Shown here: positions 23,835 through 35,600 of the stretch, piece by piece
Position numbering within the stretch: the stretch's first letter is position 1
Layout: each line of letters starts with the position of its first letter
NCBI GenBank assembly: GCA_002269645.1
Contig: NIVC01000421.1
Coordinates: forward strand, 124,001-188,000
From: Macrostomum lignano
Taxonomy: Eukaryota
Length of the DNA stretch: 64,000 nt
Direction of reading: 5' to 3'
Notes under the pieces: model-generated
Seen by the model: only the letters and a program-made list of their open reading frames with translations
What the model was told of the DNA's origin: nothing
Database searches by the model: none
Translations under genes and position numbers: made by a program

Positions 23835-26209
23835 TTATAAACATTTAGAGATGTCCTCTATGTGCACATCAGGTTTAAGCCATCCGTCTTGTGGTTTTTC
23901 TAAATCAGCAAAAGAAATTTCCACTGTTTCCACAAAGTAGCGTCGTTCTGTTTTGTAAAAATGGTCAACAAATCGGCGCCAATGCTTGAGAATGCCGCCC
24001 CACATTTGCCAGGTAACGGTTACGTGGTTGAACCGGGTCAATTGGTGCACCAAATCGAAGTTGGCCGCGATGCTGTTGAACTCGTTGGACACGTAGGCGA
24101 TGAGGAAGTTCTGTATGTTGATGGTGACTATCAGAACGAACATCGTGTGCAGCATGGCTGTCGAAGGTCGAGCCTGGGACAAGTTGGCCGTGTTGACGAA
24201 AATCCTCAGTGGCGAGTAGAACACGGAGAAGTGCGACTCAAACTCGGCCTTGTCGAAGTCGACCATGAAGAAGAGCGTGCCGAACACAAAGTAGGCCCAG
24301 ATGAGGAACAGGGGCACGGCCGCGATGAACCGGCTGAACATCTTGCGAAAGCAGATTCCCAGGAAAGCGAATCGCTTGAACCTTAACTCGAACCCGCCGG
24401 TGAAGCAGAGCATGGCAAAGAACATGTACATCACAGCTGAGCTTTCTGTCATTATGGTTAACCAAGTGTTTGGGAATTTCTTCGCTCTGCCAAGTACAAC
24501 ATCCGTGCAGTCGAGCGATCTCATCAGCAACATTGAGCCAATCAGATGCTGCAAGCCACAGATAAGCATCGACACCATTGAGACAGTGATGAAATCGTTC
24601 CTGACGAAGTACTCCCCCGGACTTTAAGACGACTATCAATGCGGTACAGAGGACAACTTTGCGCTTGTATTGCTGCAACCAGTCCAAACAGCAACATCGC
24701 CAACTGTGCGACTAGCAGAGCAACCATGGTATAGTGGTTGACAGAGATATTCGCCATCACGTTTGCTCTGCTGACAGGGTAGAAATAAATTGGCGAAATC
24801 TTCAGATATTCATCTCCTCGAGATCCGTTACTGAGGTACCTGATGAGATTAGTCGGAAAGCAGGCACTTCGCACTGCGTCTTCAATGTTGCTGATGTTTG
24901 AAACTGTTTCGTTTCGATACGTAATGAATTCTTCTTTAATCTTGCCTGCAAATTCGTTGAAGCCCTTCTCAAGTTCGTAGGCATGCTGCGCCATAGTGAC
25001 AATCATGATAAAGTTCAACGACAGCGGAGTAAGTTGGAAAAACAGTGCCCCGTAGTAAACCTGCGCCAGCAGGTAAGTCCACATCAAGTCGTTGTACATC
25101 AAATTAATCCACTTGTCAACAAGGCCAGTCTGCATCAGATTTGATCTTCTCAGCACCGGAACCTGCTGCATTCGGATTTCGTTCAGCATTAGAATCGGAG
25201 TCTTGCGGCTTCTGACGCCGGACGTCACGTCGTATTCCGATAGGTTGTACTTTTTATACACTCGAGTGCCTGTCAAATGTTCTTCAATCTTGATGTAGTT
25301 GTCAACTTCAGCAATTTTTTGGAATGTGCTGTACGCCCCGATTTGCATAGCGAACTCAATCGGTCTCAGGCCGGCTTTGTTCTCCATCAGGCAGAGCGCG
25401 TGAAGAAACGATTTGGGCTGCCTGTAGATTTCGATAAAAACGGGAATCGTCTGATTGTTGATGCAAATAATAAAAGGAATTTGAAAACTCGTTGCAATCT
25501 ACTTGAAGTAGATATATCGATAAAAAACTATCTAGAAAAACAGCCGTGAAGATTGAAATCGATATCAATCGGACTGCTCGTAATGAAATCTAGGTGCTCC
25601 AAGGCAGGCGGCTCACTCTGTCCCGACTGGCAAGCCGCAGTATCCGGCCGCTGTCTCCTTGTCGCAGCTGCAGTTGGGCTCACCGACCTCGGCCAGGATT
25701 TTGAACGCGCCCGACTCGAACTCGTCCAGCAGCTGCAGCTCCGCCTCGGACGGCTCGCCGCCTCGCCGACCCTCTCGCAGGACTCGAGCCTTGGCCAGCG
25801 AGTGCAGCAGGTTGCTGCCGTCTGCATCGTCCAGAACGGCGAGCGACTTCCAGCAGCAACAGCTGGTCAGAGTCTTTCTGACCAGAAACTCCAGAGTTCG
25901 CCCAGCCGAGTAGTGAACTGCCAGGTGGTGCATCCGGCCGGATTCCGTCTCTGCATCGCTGCTGCTGGGCATGTTGAATGTCAAGCGGTGATGGAGCAAC
26001 CGATCTGGTGGAATTTGAGCCAACTCGAGCTCTGCTGCCAGCTTGTCAGGCCGGTCTCTGCGGATGAGAGCAGCCAGACTGAGAGACAGTCGGTTGTCCA
26101 GCACACCGCTATCATCGACAGAATCCTGCTCTGGAAGCCTTGAGCCGGACTCCGAATCTTCCTGTGTGGCGGCAGCTACACGAATCAGTTTCGGTGCTGC
26201 CATCGTCAT
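23835..26209 (-). CDS. Divergent TRPV-like channel, copy b, about 712 aa if corrected, with 1-nt deletion at 24614-24618; exons 26209-25688 and 25450-23835
   Basis: Paralogue of copy a with the same intron position. Exon 2 is 1616 nt (1617 needed). Copy a reads CGG GGT GAG TAC where copy b has only five G. Confidence 0.8.
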
Positions 26210-26649
26210 GTCCCGATTTTAAGTGGCTTTGCTTCATCCATAGCTGACTTGCTTAAATAGTCCCTTCCAGCCTTCCCTTGCCTATCACCAACCTTGATTA
26301 ATCTTCAGAAAGCTTTTAAGTTAATGAGTTAGTTTGTAGACTAAGGCCATTTTTGGTAGTGCAATTTCGGCTAATCAATCAGTGAGTCCATTGTTGTGCT
26401 ATTCAGCTATGCATTAATATTTGCTGCCGTCAAATCAGTCAGTTGAGTTAGAGTCCAATCTTCATAATTGTTTGCTTGACGTAATTGAATTGTTTTTTCT
26501 CTCAGATCAACTGCATAGAAATCAATCTAAATGATTGTTTTCTCTGCTGGAAAAACATGGGAAGTCGATCGATGGGAAAACGGTGTTTTGTGTTTACTTA
26601 CGCTGCTGCGTCGCCGTCGGGGTTGACTTCGACTTCGTAAAGACTCCAA

Positions 26650-26760
26650 AGCAGCCAGAAGAGTTGATTCTACCTGATCCAGTTCGCGCAGCTCGAGTGG
26701 TTCTTTATGTAGATGATTTAATGATTCTTGCTAAGCGTCCTCTGCGGCATTCGGCAAACC
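26650..26760 (+). mobile_element. Possible reverse-transcriptase remnant (VVLYVDDLMILAK)
   Basis: YVDD motif in a hydrophobic beta-strand context. No other RT motifs were recognised. Confidence 0.3.
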
Positions 26761-26964
26761 CCAGAAATGTTGTCATTTTTACCTGTCTCTCGTCGGGAGA
26801 TAAAGGGTTACTCGTATATAGCTTATTATTGACGAGACCAGAAAGGGCCTGTCAACTTAAGCTTATAAAGTGGAGCCTGAGTAAGCTATGTACACAAATG
26901 ATACGTAATTCTGCTCACAGTGACACCAGGAAGCTGGATTTGGCAAAAAAGTGACAAAAATTGG

Positions 26965-27076
26965 ACCTGGGATAGAAGAGAACAAGTATGGGGATAATTA
27001 GGGACGATTATGTAAACTTCAGCTCGTAAGTCGGAGTCCCTAATTATCCCTTTGCTTGTTCTCTTCTATCCCAGGT
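26965..27076. mobile_element. 112-bp hairpin MITE
   Basis: acctgggatagaagagaacaag...gggataattagggac pairs with gtccctaattatccc...cttgttctcttctatcccaggt. No clear TSD. Confidence 0.7.
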
Positions 27077-28399
27077 GGATAAACTTGTGACTTGCGCCTA
27101 GGACGAAACGATCCTTGCTTTATTTGGTGAGACACTGAGCTAGGATTCAGTGTTTAAAAACTTAAAACTTGCCATCTCGCCCATCCAGGACGCCCATCCA
27201 GTTTGCACGATCTGCGGGTGTAGCATTCTGCATCGAAGCAATGGATGCCTATAAAAACCTAATTTGTCCTTGAGCAAAGTTATACTACGGAACAACTCTG
27301 ATTCGAACCACTCCGGAGTCCCTGATTTTCCACTGAGTAATCACAAACCGATTTGTAACGGTTTGAAAAAAAATCTTGCCACTTTAAAAATATGCAAACC
27401 AACCGGCGTACAAGCTAGAAAGACGAAAAAAGAGACAAATTAAGACCTCTGAATCTCAATGGGAACATGCAGAATTTCCATAGCAAATTAATTAACTGCT
27501 ACATGTATTTCAATTCCTATAAAATTCCAACTCGTCGCAGCCACGCAGAAGTAGCAACTGAAATTCGTCGTGTTTCAACGTTCGCACTTGATTCGTGAAG
27601 TAATTAATCTTAGAACTCCTGGAAAATCCATTAACCGATCAAGGTAAGCTGCTTGCCATTCAGAAGCTTTATTGAATGGGACTTCACACTGCATGACTGA
27701 CTTTTCCCGTTTTGAAATCTTCAGACAGATATAGACGATATGCGAATTACTAAGAAAACTAAACAAAATATATTCCTCAATTTTGATTTGCTTGATAATT
27801 TTCCTTTGTTTGAATAAATACCCCACGAGGACTGGCCTAAGTATGCTAGTTCAGTAGCTTAAACGCTCATCGAACGTTTTTTGTTTTCAAAAATTTCTAA
27901 AGTGCTGATTATCAATTGATAGTATGTGTTTAGGACTGTATAGTGTGCTTGCGGGTGGAGAAAATAATGGTCTGATCGTGGATCGCATATTTGAGATATT
28001 ATATAGAATCACTGCCAACGTGCAGCTATAATCTACGCATTAGTTGGGAGTGGCCATGAGTACTAGTGCACGTTGGTCGGGAGGGCTATAGCTAGTCAGA
28101 GAGAAGCGTGAAGACGTAGAGGGGGCGGCACGTCTCTCCAATAAAAAAATACAAGCCTATGACTCGATAATTTCGCAGATAAGCGGAACGAGCTTTCGGA
28201 ACAGTTACATGTATGCCAATCAGCGGTTAAGTTAAATTTACGTATGCATGTACATGTGATTTATTCGGGGTGCGGCCGTGTTGCTATGGCCTTGTGGTTT
28301 GCTGACGTGTTGACATCCAGCCCGTAGACCTCCCAGAGGCCGTCGCAAAACTTCGATCACCTCCTGGCGGAGCGCCGATTAGAAGTAGCAGCGTGCGCC

Positions 28400-28950
28400 G
28401 TCTGGCCACCAACTGAACATCCGCCTCCCCTGCTATCTCTGCCGTTTGCTGTTGGCTGGCTGAGAGCGTCTTTCGCGCGCCACCGCCTCCGGTCTCCTGG
28501 TGCTGGCGTCTCCTTTACAGAACCGCCTGCGGCTGCCGCGCCATGCCGGGCCACCAGAATTCCTCTGCAGCCGGTCAATGGCCTTCCTCCTGCCAAATGG
28601 GGCCAACTGATGGTCTGCTGCTGAAACCCTGCGGGTACAACGATCTTGCTGTCCCTGAGCAGCATGCCGGCACGCACCCTGAGCTCTCCGTTGAGCGAGT
28701 GGAAGCTGCCGACCGAGGCTTCCGGTGCGGACTTCCTGGTGTTGAGCTGCTGCAGCAATACTCTGTCCTGGGCCGGTTGCTCGTCCTTTGGAGCGTCGAT
28801 TGGCCTTGTAGCCTCTCTGGCAGGTGCCCAGGCCTGCGTCCCAAGACTCAGCAGCTGCAGGGATGTCAAGGTTGCACGGCCGAGCACACTGGTGCCGCTC
28901 CGTGAGAAGATGATGAAGCTGACGAGCTGGACATAAAAAAATCCTCTTTG
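28400..28950 (-). mobile_element. Degraded LTR-retrotransposon pol fragment (RNaseH-integrase junction)
   Basis: The translation ELRVRAGMLLRDSKIVVP...QTISWPH resembles the Ty3/Gypsy-Bel EL.V.DG.LLRG.RIVIP...IL..LH segment preceding the integrase zinc finger. It is frameshifted. Confidence 0.5.
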
Positions 28951-29650
28951 TCATTGGCTGCAGGCCTGGGGGTCACGGTAGCTTTCGCCAGGCTGCCTCA
29001 GTGAGGATGTTACAGTAGGCTCCGCTATCCACCAGCACCTTGGTAAGAGCCGCTGCAACGTTCGTGTCGTAGGCCATCGCGGAGTACTACAATGAGTAAA
29101 TCTGCATGTGTATTGTGTGTAGAAATTCTGAGGAGCAGCTTTAGTTGTGCCACATACAAAACTGAGGCAGAATTTGTCTTGTCCTTCATAGCGTGGAAAC
29201 TTCTCATGTTGCCAAGTTTATTTTAATGTGGATTTATCAACAAGTAAACTATGAGCATACGAGTATTGTACTTATAATTTATGTAATTGTACAAGAATAC
29301 GTAGACAAAATCAAAATGCAGATTGCAAAGCTTGAATTGAGCTTTTGGTTTCTGATGATAAGCATCTCAATGGTTGGATTTACTGTTCAGTACGAGCGAA
29401 CAGAATTATTTAGCAGGAAATGATGTAATAATCTTCACGATCCAGCGCTCGGTTGGACTGTTCTGAATTCTGTCTGATGTCTATGGCTTTTTCTCTTTCA
29501 AATTCAGCTACAATTTTATGTCTATGGCTGGAACTAATCTTTATAAGCAGCTTCGATTTTTCTAAACCCATCACTGTATAACGTCTCTCTCTAACTGTCT
29601 GACTTTCAATCTGTGCTTTATTTAGCTAAACCACCAAAAAGGACGGCAGC

Positions 29651-32600
29651 ATGCAAGACCGAGAAAGCATAGAAGCTGAAGTTACTGAACAATCTGAATC
29701 AAAGTGCCCAATGTACGACTCGACCACAAAGACCAAACAGCAGCAGAATCCAATTCATGGATTCGTCTCTGATGATCCTCAGTTACCGAAACGGGAGATT
29801 GCTTTCTACCTGGTCGCGCTGGTGTCAATCATCGCCTACGCTGGCCACGGGTTTTATCTCACGTACGGAATCAACCTGCATGAAAGTGAGTTAGTTGTTT
29901 CCTTCTATGTTTGGATCGACTAATAATACACATTTTAACAGTGTTTTTGGGCAGAACCACAGATACTTCTAGAATAACTAGATGGTCCACTCAGAAAATT
30001 TGCGTGTAAACTACTTTCAGTTCAGTAGCAAGTTAAACTGAAGCATTTTAATGTATTTTTAAAGCCAAAGCTTCTTTATTGGCTCTTACCCTCCAGCCTT
30101 AAACCCTCCAACCGCGCCTTTCCACACTGCCCCCACCCGCGCACCCCAATTTTATTGCCTTCCTCGGAATTCCAACTAGCTCGTTCTTGCTTCTTCAGGA
30201 ATCGATCACGTACGCGCTCAATTAACAATCGATTTAGGCACATATTGATTCCCAATCCGGTCCATAATTTGCAGATCTTCGCTGGTTAGCTCAGGCAGCA
30301 CTTTAGTGTAGCTCATTTAATGATGATGATGTAACCACGCTCTGGTCGCGGGATAGGGCATGGGAACTTTTTTCGAAAGTGCCTCCTATCCCGTGCACCC
30401 CTGCGCAGAGCTGTCGAGACTCGGCCAGGTCTCCGACCAGGCCTGGAGACTCCCGCTCTGCTGCACCCCTCCTGCTGCCTTGGTTCCGTCTCCCCTGCCG
30501 CCACACCTGCCTTTCCGGAGCTCCCCACCCCTCTCTGTATCTCCCCCTCTACCCTATCTCTTCTGTTTTTCGCCCTATTCTTCCTGTACTTTCCCTATCC
30601 CCCCTCTTTTCGTCTCCCTCTGCACTCTTTTCCTGCGCTGTCCCCCCTTTCCCTGTGTCTACTTACAGTATTTTGTGTGCCCACCGTCTCCCCATCCCCT
30701 CTCAAACTCCCAAACGGTGACGCAAGTCGTGTGACCCCTTCTCCCCCTCGGTGACTCATCGATGACTCATCCCCCTCTCTTGCGCAACCTTTTCTCACGC
30801 TATTGTTCTCCTTCCCAAATTTCTCATGCGACACCCACCCCACCCCCGCTTCTATTGTTCTCGTTTTTGATTCTTTTTTCTCTCGACCCCCACCAATTAT
30901 CACATTTTCTCCGATTTTCTCCTTCTTTTGTTCTCGTTTTCGCACCTAATTATCACCTTTTCCCCAATGTTTACTTTTCCATTGTTCTCAGTTCTCCCCA
31001 ATTATCCCCGATTTCCAATTCCTTTGTTCTCGACCCCAGCCCTATTGTTCTCAATGTTTGCTTGCGCAACACTTTCGCGACCACCCGCTGCGCCAATTAT
31101 CCCCCCACCCCACCTCCGGATTGCGCAATTTCCCGATTTCTCATGTTGCTATGCCGGTCTCATGCTTCTCATCATGACTCATTCTGACGTCATTCTGCCG
31201 GCAGCCAATCAGAGAGAGGGAGCCATGGTAACGACCTTGAGGAGGCGGCTGTGAGGTCTATAAAAGGAAGCGATTTCGGCATGAGAATCCTCACCCTTTC
31301 GGCTCCTCGTCCTTCTTTGGACTTGCTGTCAGACTGAGTTCTGACCCATTCGTCTATAAGACGAATCCCTGCCGGTCCGCGGTCTGTTACCGCCAAGTTA
31401 TTGGCTCCCCAAGTGAGCTCGCCTATCGGCCAGCGGTCTGAAACCGCCCAGCATCATCAGCATCGCCTGATCTACATCCGCGCCTCGTCGCTTCAGCGCA
31501 TCGCCCCTTCACCGTCTGCCTGACTGCAGCCTACAGCCGCCCTCGGTCACTCCGCCTCTCTCTCTCTCTCTGTGCAGCTGCCGGTAAGTTCCTATTACTA
31601 ATTTGTGCTCTAATCGCCTTGCTTATCCGGGGTTTGCCTATTTTTCCATTGTCTGATTAGAGAGCTGAGCCAATTGTGATACCGTAACCTTTTGCTGTAT
31701 TTTACTCAATAGTGAAGCCGCCTAATTGCCTGATTATTCGCCTAAGGGCCTAATTATTAACTATTAACTAACTCCATCATTATTCACTTTCAACCATCAT
31801 TTCACTCATGGCTTGCTAAGCCTTTCTCCCGGGGTGGCAAAGCATAAGGAAGTTTGGGTAAGCTAATGGCCTCTCCCCGTGCACAGCCCGCCTGTGAGTG
31901 CGTGCTGCGGGGCCGCGTGTGCGTGCAGTAGGGGGATTAGCGAGTCTTGGCACAGAATGGCAGTAGGAAGGTTGCAACCCCATGCTGACGCGTCCCTTCG
32001 CCCTGAGCAATCTAAACTATAGACAGTACATGTTCGCCTCATACTACTCTTAGTAATCAAAGTCGCAAGTTAGCCTCGCTCACAGCCACAAAGGATCCCC
32101 TGCTGAGAAATCCTCCAGGTTGAGCCCAGAGTTCCCGATCATGCCCCAAGCAGAGTCCCTGTACTCGGCTGCATGTGTCTCCCCTGTTAGCCTAAATCTC
32201 CTGGTAACCATCCCAGGCGGGGCTCTAGCCTCGAGAGGTCTGGTAGAAAGATCCAGGTGTGCCAGGTCACATAGAGTGGTGGCAGCCACTCGGTCATACT
32301 ATGACCGAGTGACCAACTATTGCACCTTGGCTACAGGTGGGGTCCATGTGGGTCCTTGGCCCTCTGGTCACGAAGCGCTACCAAAGCTACTAATCATGTG
32401 GGCGGGACAGTCTGGTGCTGGAGGTCCGTCAGGCCATTGCCCGGTCATAGGCAGCCTACGGTCATTGCCCCCTCTAGTCATGCGTTCGTCTCTCTACGGA
32501 GCGGACCGGCGACAAGGGCGGTTACATCAATGACTCATTTTTCTATTGGTATTTCAAATGAAAGCTCAAAATCCACTAGAAAATTAATTATGACAGTTAG

Positions 32601-35600
32601 GCTAGTCGCCTTTACTGTCCTTTCCAATTAACATAGACGATTGTCTGATGATCTCTATTCTACTCCTTCAAAGTGCCATAGACAGAAGAGTTGACTAGAA
32701 ATCCGGAAACAATCATATTTGATACAAAAGGGTACAATAACGACATTAGATTCTTTCGCGGCAGCGCTTGCGTAAGCTAAAAATCCGTAAATATCGTTAC
32801 ATTGCATAAGGGTTAGTAGCAACGTCTGACTAAAAAAATTCACTTCTCCTAAAAACACTAGCTGTTAAAAGGTATGTTAAAAACAACAGATACATTAACA
32901 ACATCAACATTATCGATAAAATAGGCAACAGAAACATCAATAAAAATATTATCAACAACCACGACAACAACAAATAGCAAATTATCAAAACAACATATAA
33001 AACAGCGAAAAAAACATTAGTAACAACAGTAAGTCAATATCGACCAATACCAAGAAGGAGCAACAACAAAAAGGACCAGACATAAAGCAAGGACGACTTA
33101 AGTAGAAGGACGGGAAACCTCGTTTCTTAGAAAATTTTTGAAGGCACTTTTTCCCGAAAAAATACACTGCGGAGATAGGAAATTTTCATTTTTTCAGCAC
33201 AAAAATTGCTATAACTTTTGATAGGAGGCAGATCCAGTGTTGATCTTTTGATATGTTGTGCCTTTTTTATTGCTCTATCGATATTTGTAAAGCTTTTCGT
33301 TCAGAAAATTAGGATTCTATGTTAATTTTTTATTCTACGTATATTTCCTGTTTCTAAAAATCACAATAATGCATGACACAGCTCTAATATTTGGTTTTAT
33401 GAATCTATTTTATCATCTCTGTTACGAATATTTGCTATACAGTCAGGTAAGAAGGATAAAATAGACTCATAAAATCAAAGAGCCAAGCCGTGGCATTCTA
33501 ATGTATTTCAAGCACAAGACACATGAAAATATACGTAGAATAAAAAATTAACATAGAATCCTAATTTTCTGAACTAAAAGCTTTATAAATATCGATAGAG
33601 CAATAAAAAAGGCACAACATATCAAAAGATCAACACTGGATCTGCCTCCTATCAAAAGTTATAGCAATTTTTGTGCTGAAAAAATGAAATTTTCCTATCT
33701 CCGCAGTGTATTTTTTCGGGAAAAAGTGCCTTCAAAAATTTTCTAAGAAACGAGGTTTCCCGTCCTTCTACTTAAGTCGTCCTTGACATAAAGATGCTTT
33801 TTAAAAGGCAAATTTAAATAAATTTGAACTTGAACTCGAAAAGTATCCACAGTAAAAACTCGAATCCATTTGAAAAAGCTGTTAGCAATTCATTTAATTA
33901 AAATTCTGTTAACATTTTAACAAAACTATTTACTCGGTGACGCAACCCGGCCAATGTTCTAAAGGAATTTGCCGAGACTGATAAGCTAAGCATTGTTCCT
34001 TCACTACCAATTAAAGTACAATCAAAGCCTTAGCTTTGGTCTAAAGTAAATTGATTCAATCACAAGCTGACGAGTGCTTCTGATCCTGATAGCCAACTGA
34101 GGGAGCGCGCCAAACTTTACACAGTTCTCAAAGTGTATGGGAAATTTCAAGGTTTTTTTCAATAGGCTTACGGTAATCCGGCTTAACGAGGCCATAAATA
34201 TTGATGGGAGAGGGCGCCAGCACCAAGGGGCGCCAGCACCAAGGGGCTTTAGCACCAAGGGGCTTTAGCACCAAGGGGCGCCAGCATCAAGGGGCGCCAG
34301 CACCAAGGGGCGCCAGCACCAAGGGGCGCCAGCACCAAGGGGCGCCAGCACCAAGGGGCGCCAGCACCAAAGGAAAATATTCTAGACAAAGTTACTTGTA
34401 CATATTTCTATCAACTATTTGCTTCAGATCTACCGGCTGAGCTTTTGAAACCCGGCTGGATGCGCGATTTCAAGGTAAGCTTAAATTGAATTAATCAGCT
34501 TTGAGTTTCGCGTTTATAAAAGTTTTACCAATTTATTGTAAAAAAGCAAATCTATAAATCTGTCCCCAACGCAGGATGGAAGCGCTGATGCTCTGCTTGA
34601 AAAGTCGACAGAAAATTGGAAGAATTTGTTGGTTGCATTAGCTGGATTTCTGCTTGTCAGCAAAGCTTCTTTGGCAACTGCGCCTATCGAGGTGAGCATA
34701 TTGTACTTTTGTTATTGACGGAACACTTTTTTTCTTAGAAAGTTTCAAAGGTCATCCCATACAACCAATAAAATTTAGTCAATCCATGCATTTTCACCTT
34801 CAAATATTTTCTAAGAATAAATCGGCTTAACATTATTTTATTTAATGCGTACCTGACTTGAGTGTGCAAACGTGAACTCGAGATAACTACATGAAATGAA
34901 TTCAAGTCAATTTTCAAACCTTGCAGTTGCACTACCTAGTTTGCTCCGCCTACGCTCTGATGCTCGTTTTTCTAGCTGTGTCATTCGAAGCCGTTCTGTG
35001 GCTGATAGTTGCCTATTTTGTAACTCTCTGCCTGGCCTACTGGTCTTTCCTAGCCGTGTGGATCTTTGTTGGCTCGCTGCTTTACGTCATGAACAGCCAC
35101 GGTGCGGCGACACTATTTCTAGACTACCTCAACATTGACGGTGACAGCGGGCCAACCTTTGCGGCCTTGTATGGCTACGCGCTCTGCCGATTTATCTCGC
35201 TTGGCCACGCTATGCAGCAAGAGCTGAGTGGTGAACTAAAAACTGCAGGATTCTGGCGGTACCTTCGCTCGAATTTGTTTCTAACTCTGCACTATTCGTT
35301 CTACATGCCCTACCTTTGGTGCGGACCAATTTTAACGTACGACGATTTTTGTAAACAGTTGAAAGTTCGAGCTCGCAACATCGCTGTTGATGGTCGGACG
35401 GCTAGTTTGGTCGCTTGGCGCGCCTGTCGGCTGGTGTTTTGGTACTGCATTCTGGAGATTATCTATCACAATCTTCCAGTTGGAACCTATTTGGATCTTC
35501 TAAGTCCCGATGATGCTATCGTGTACAAGCACCTGGCTTTTGCAATGTTTTTTCACGGTCAGATCTTCATGCTGCTGTACGTGCAGTACTACGGATGGCC

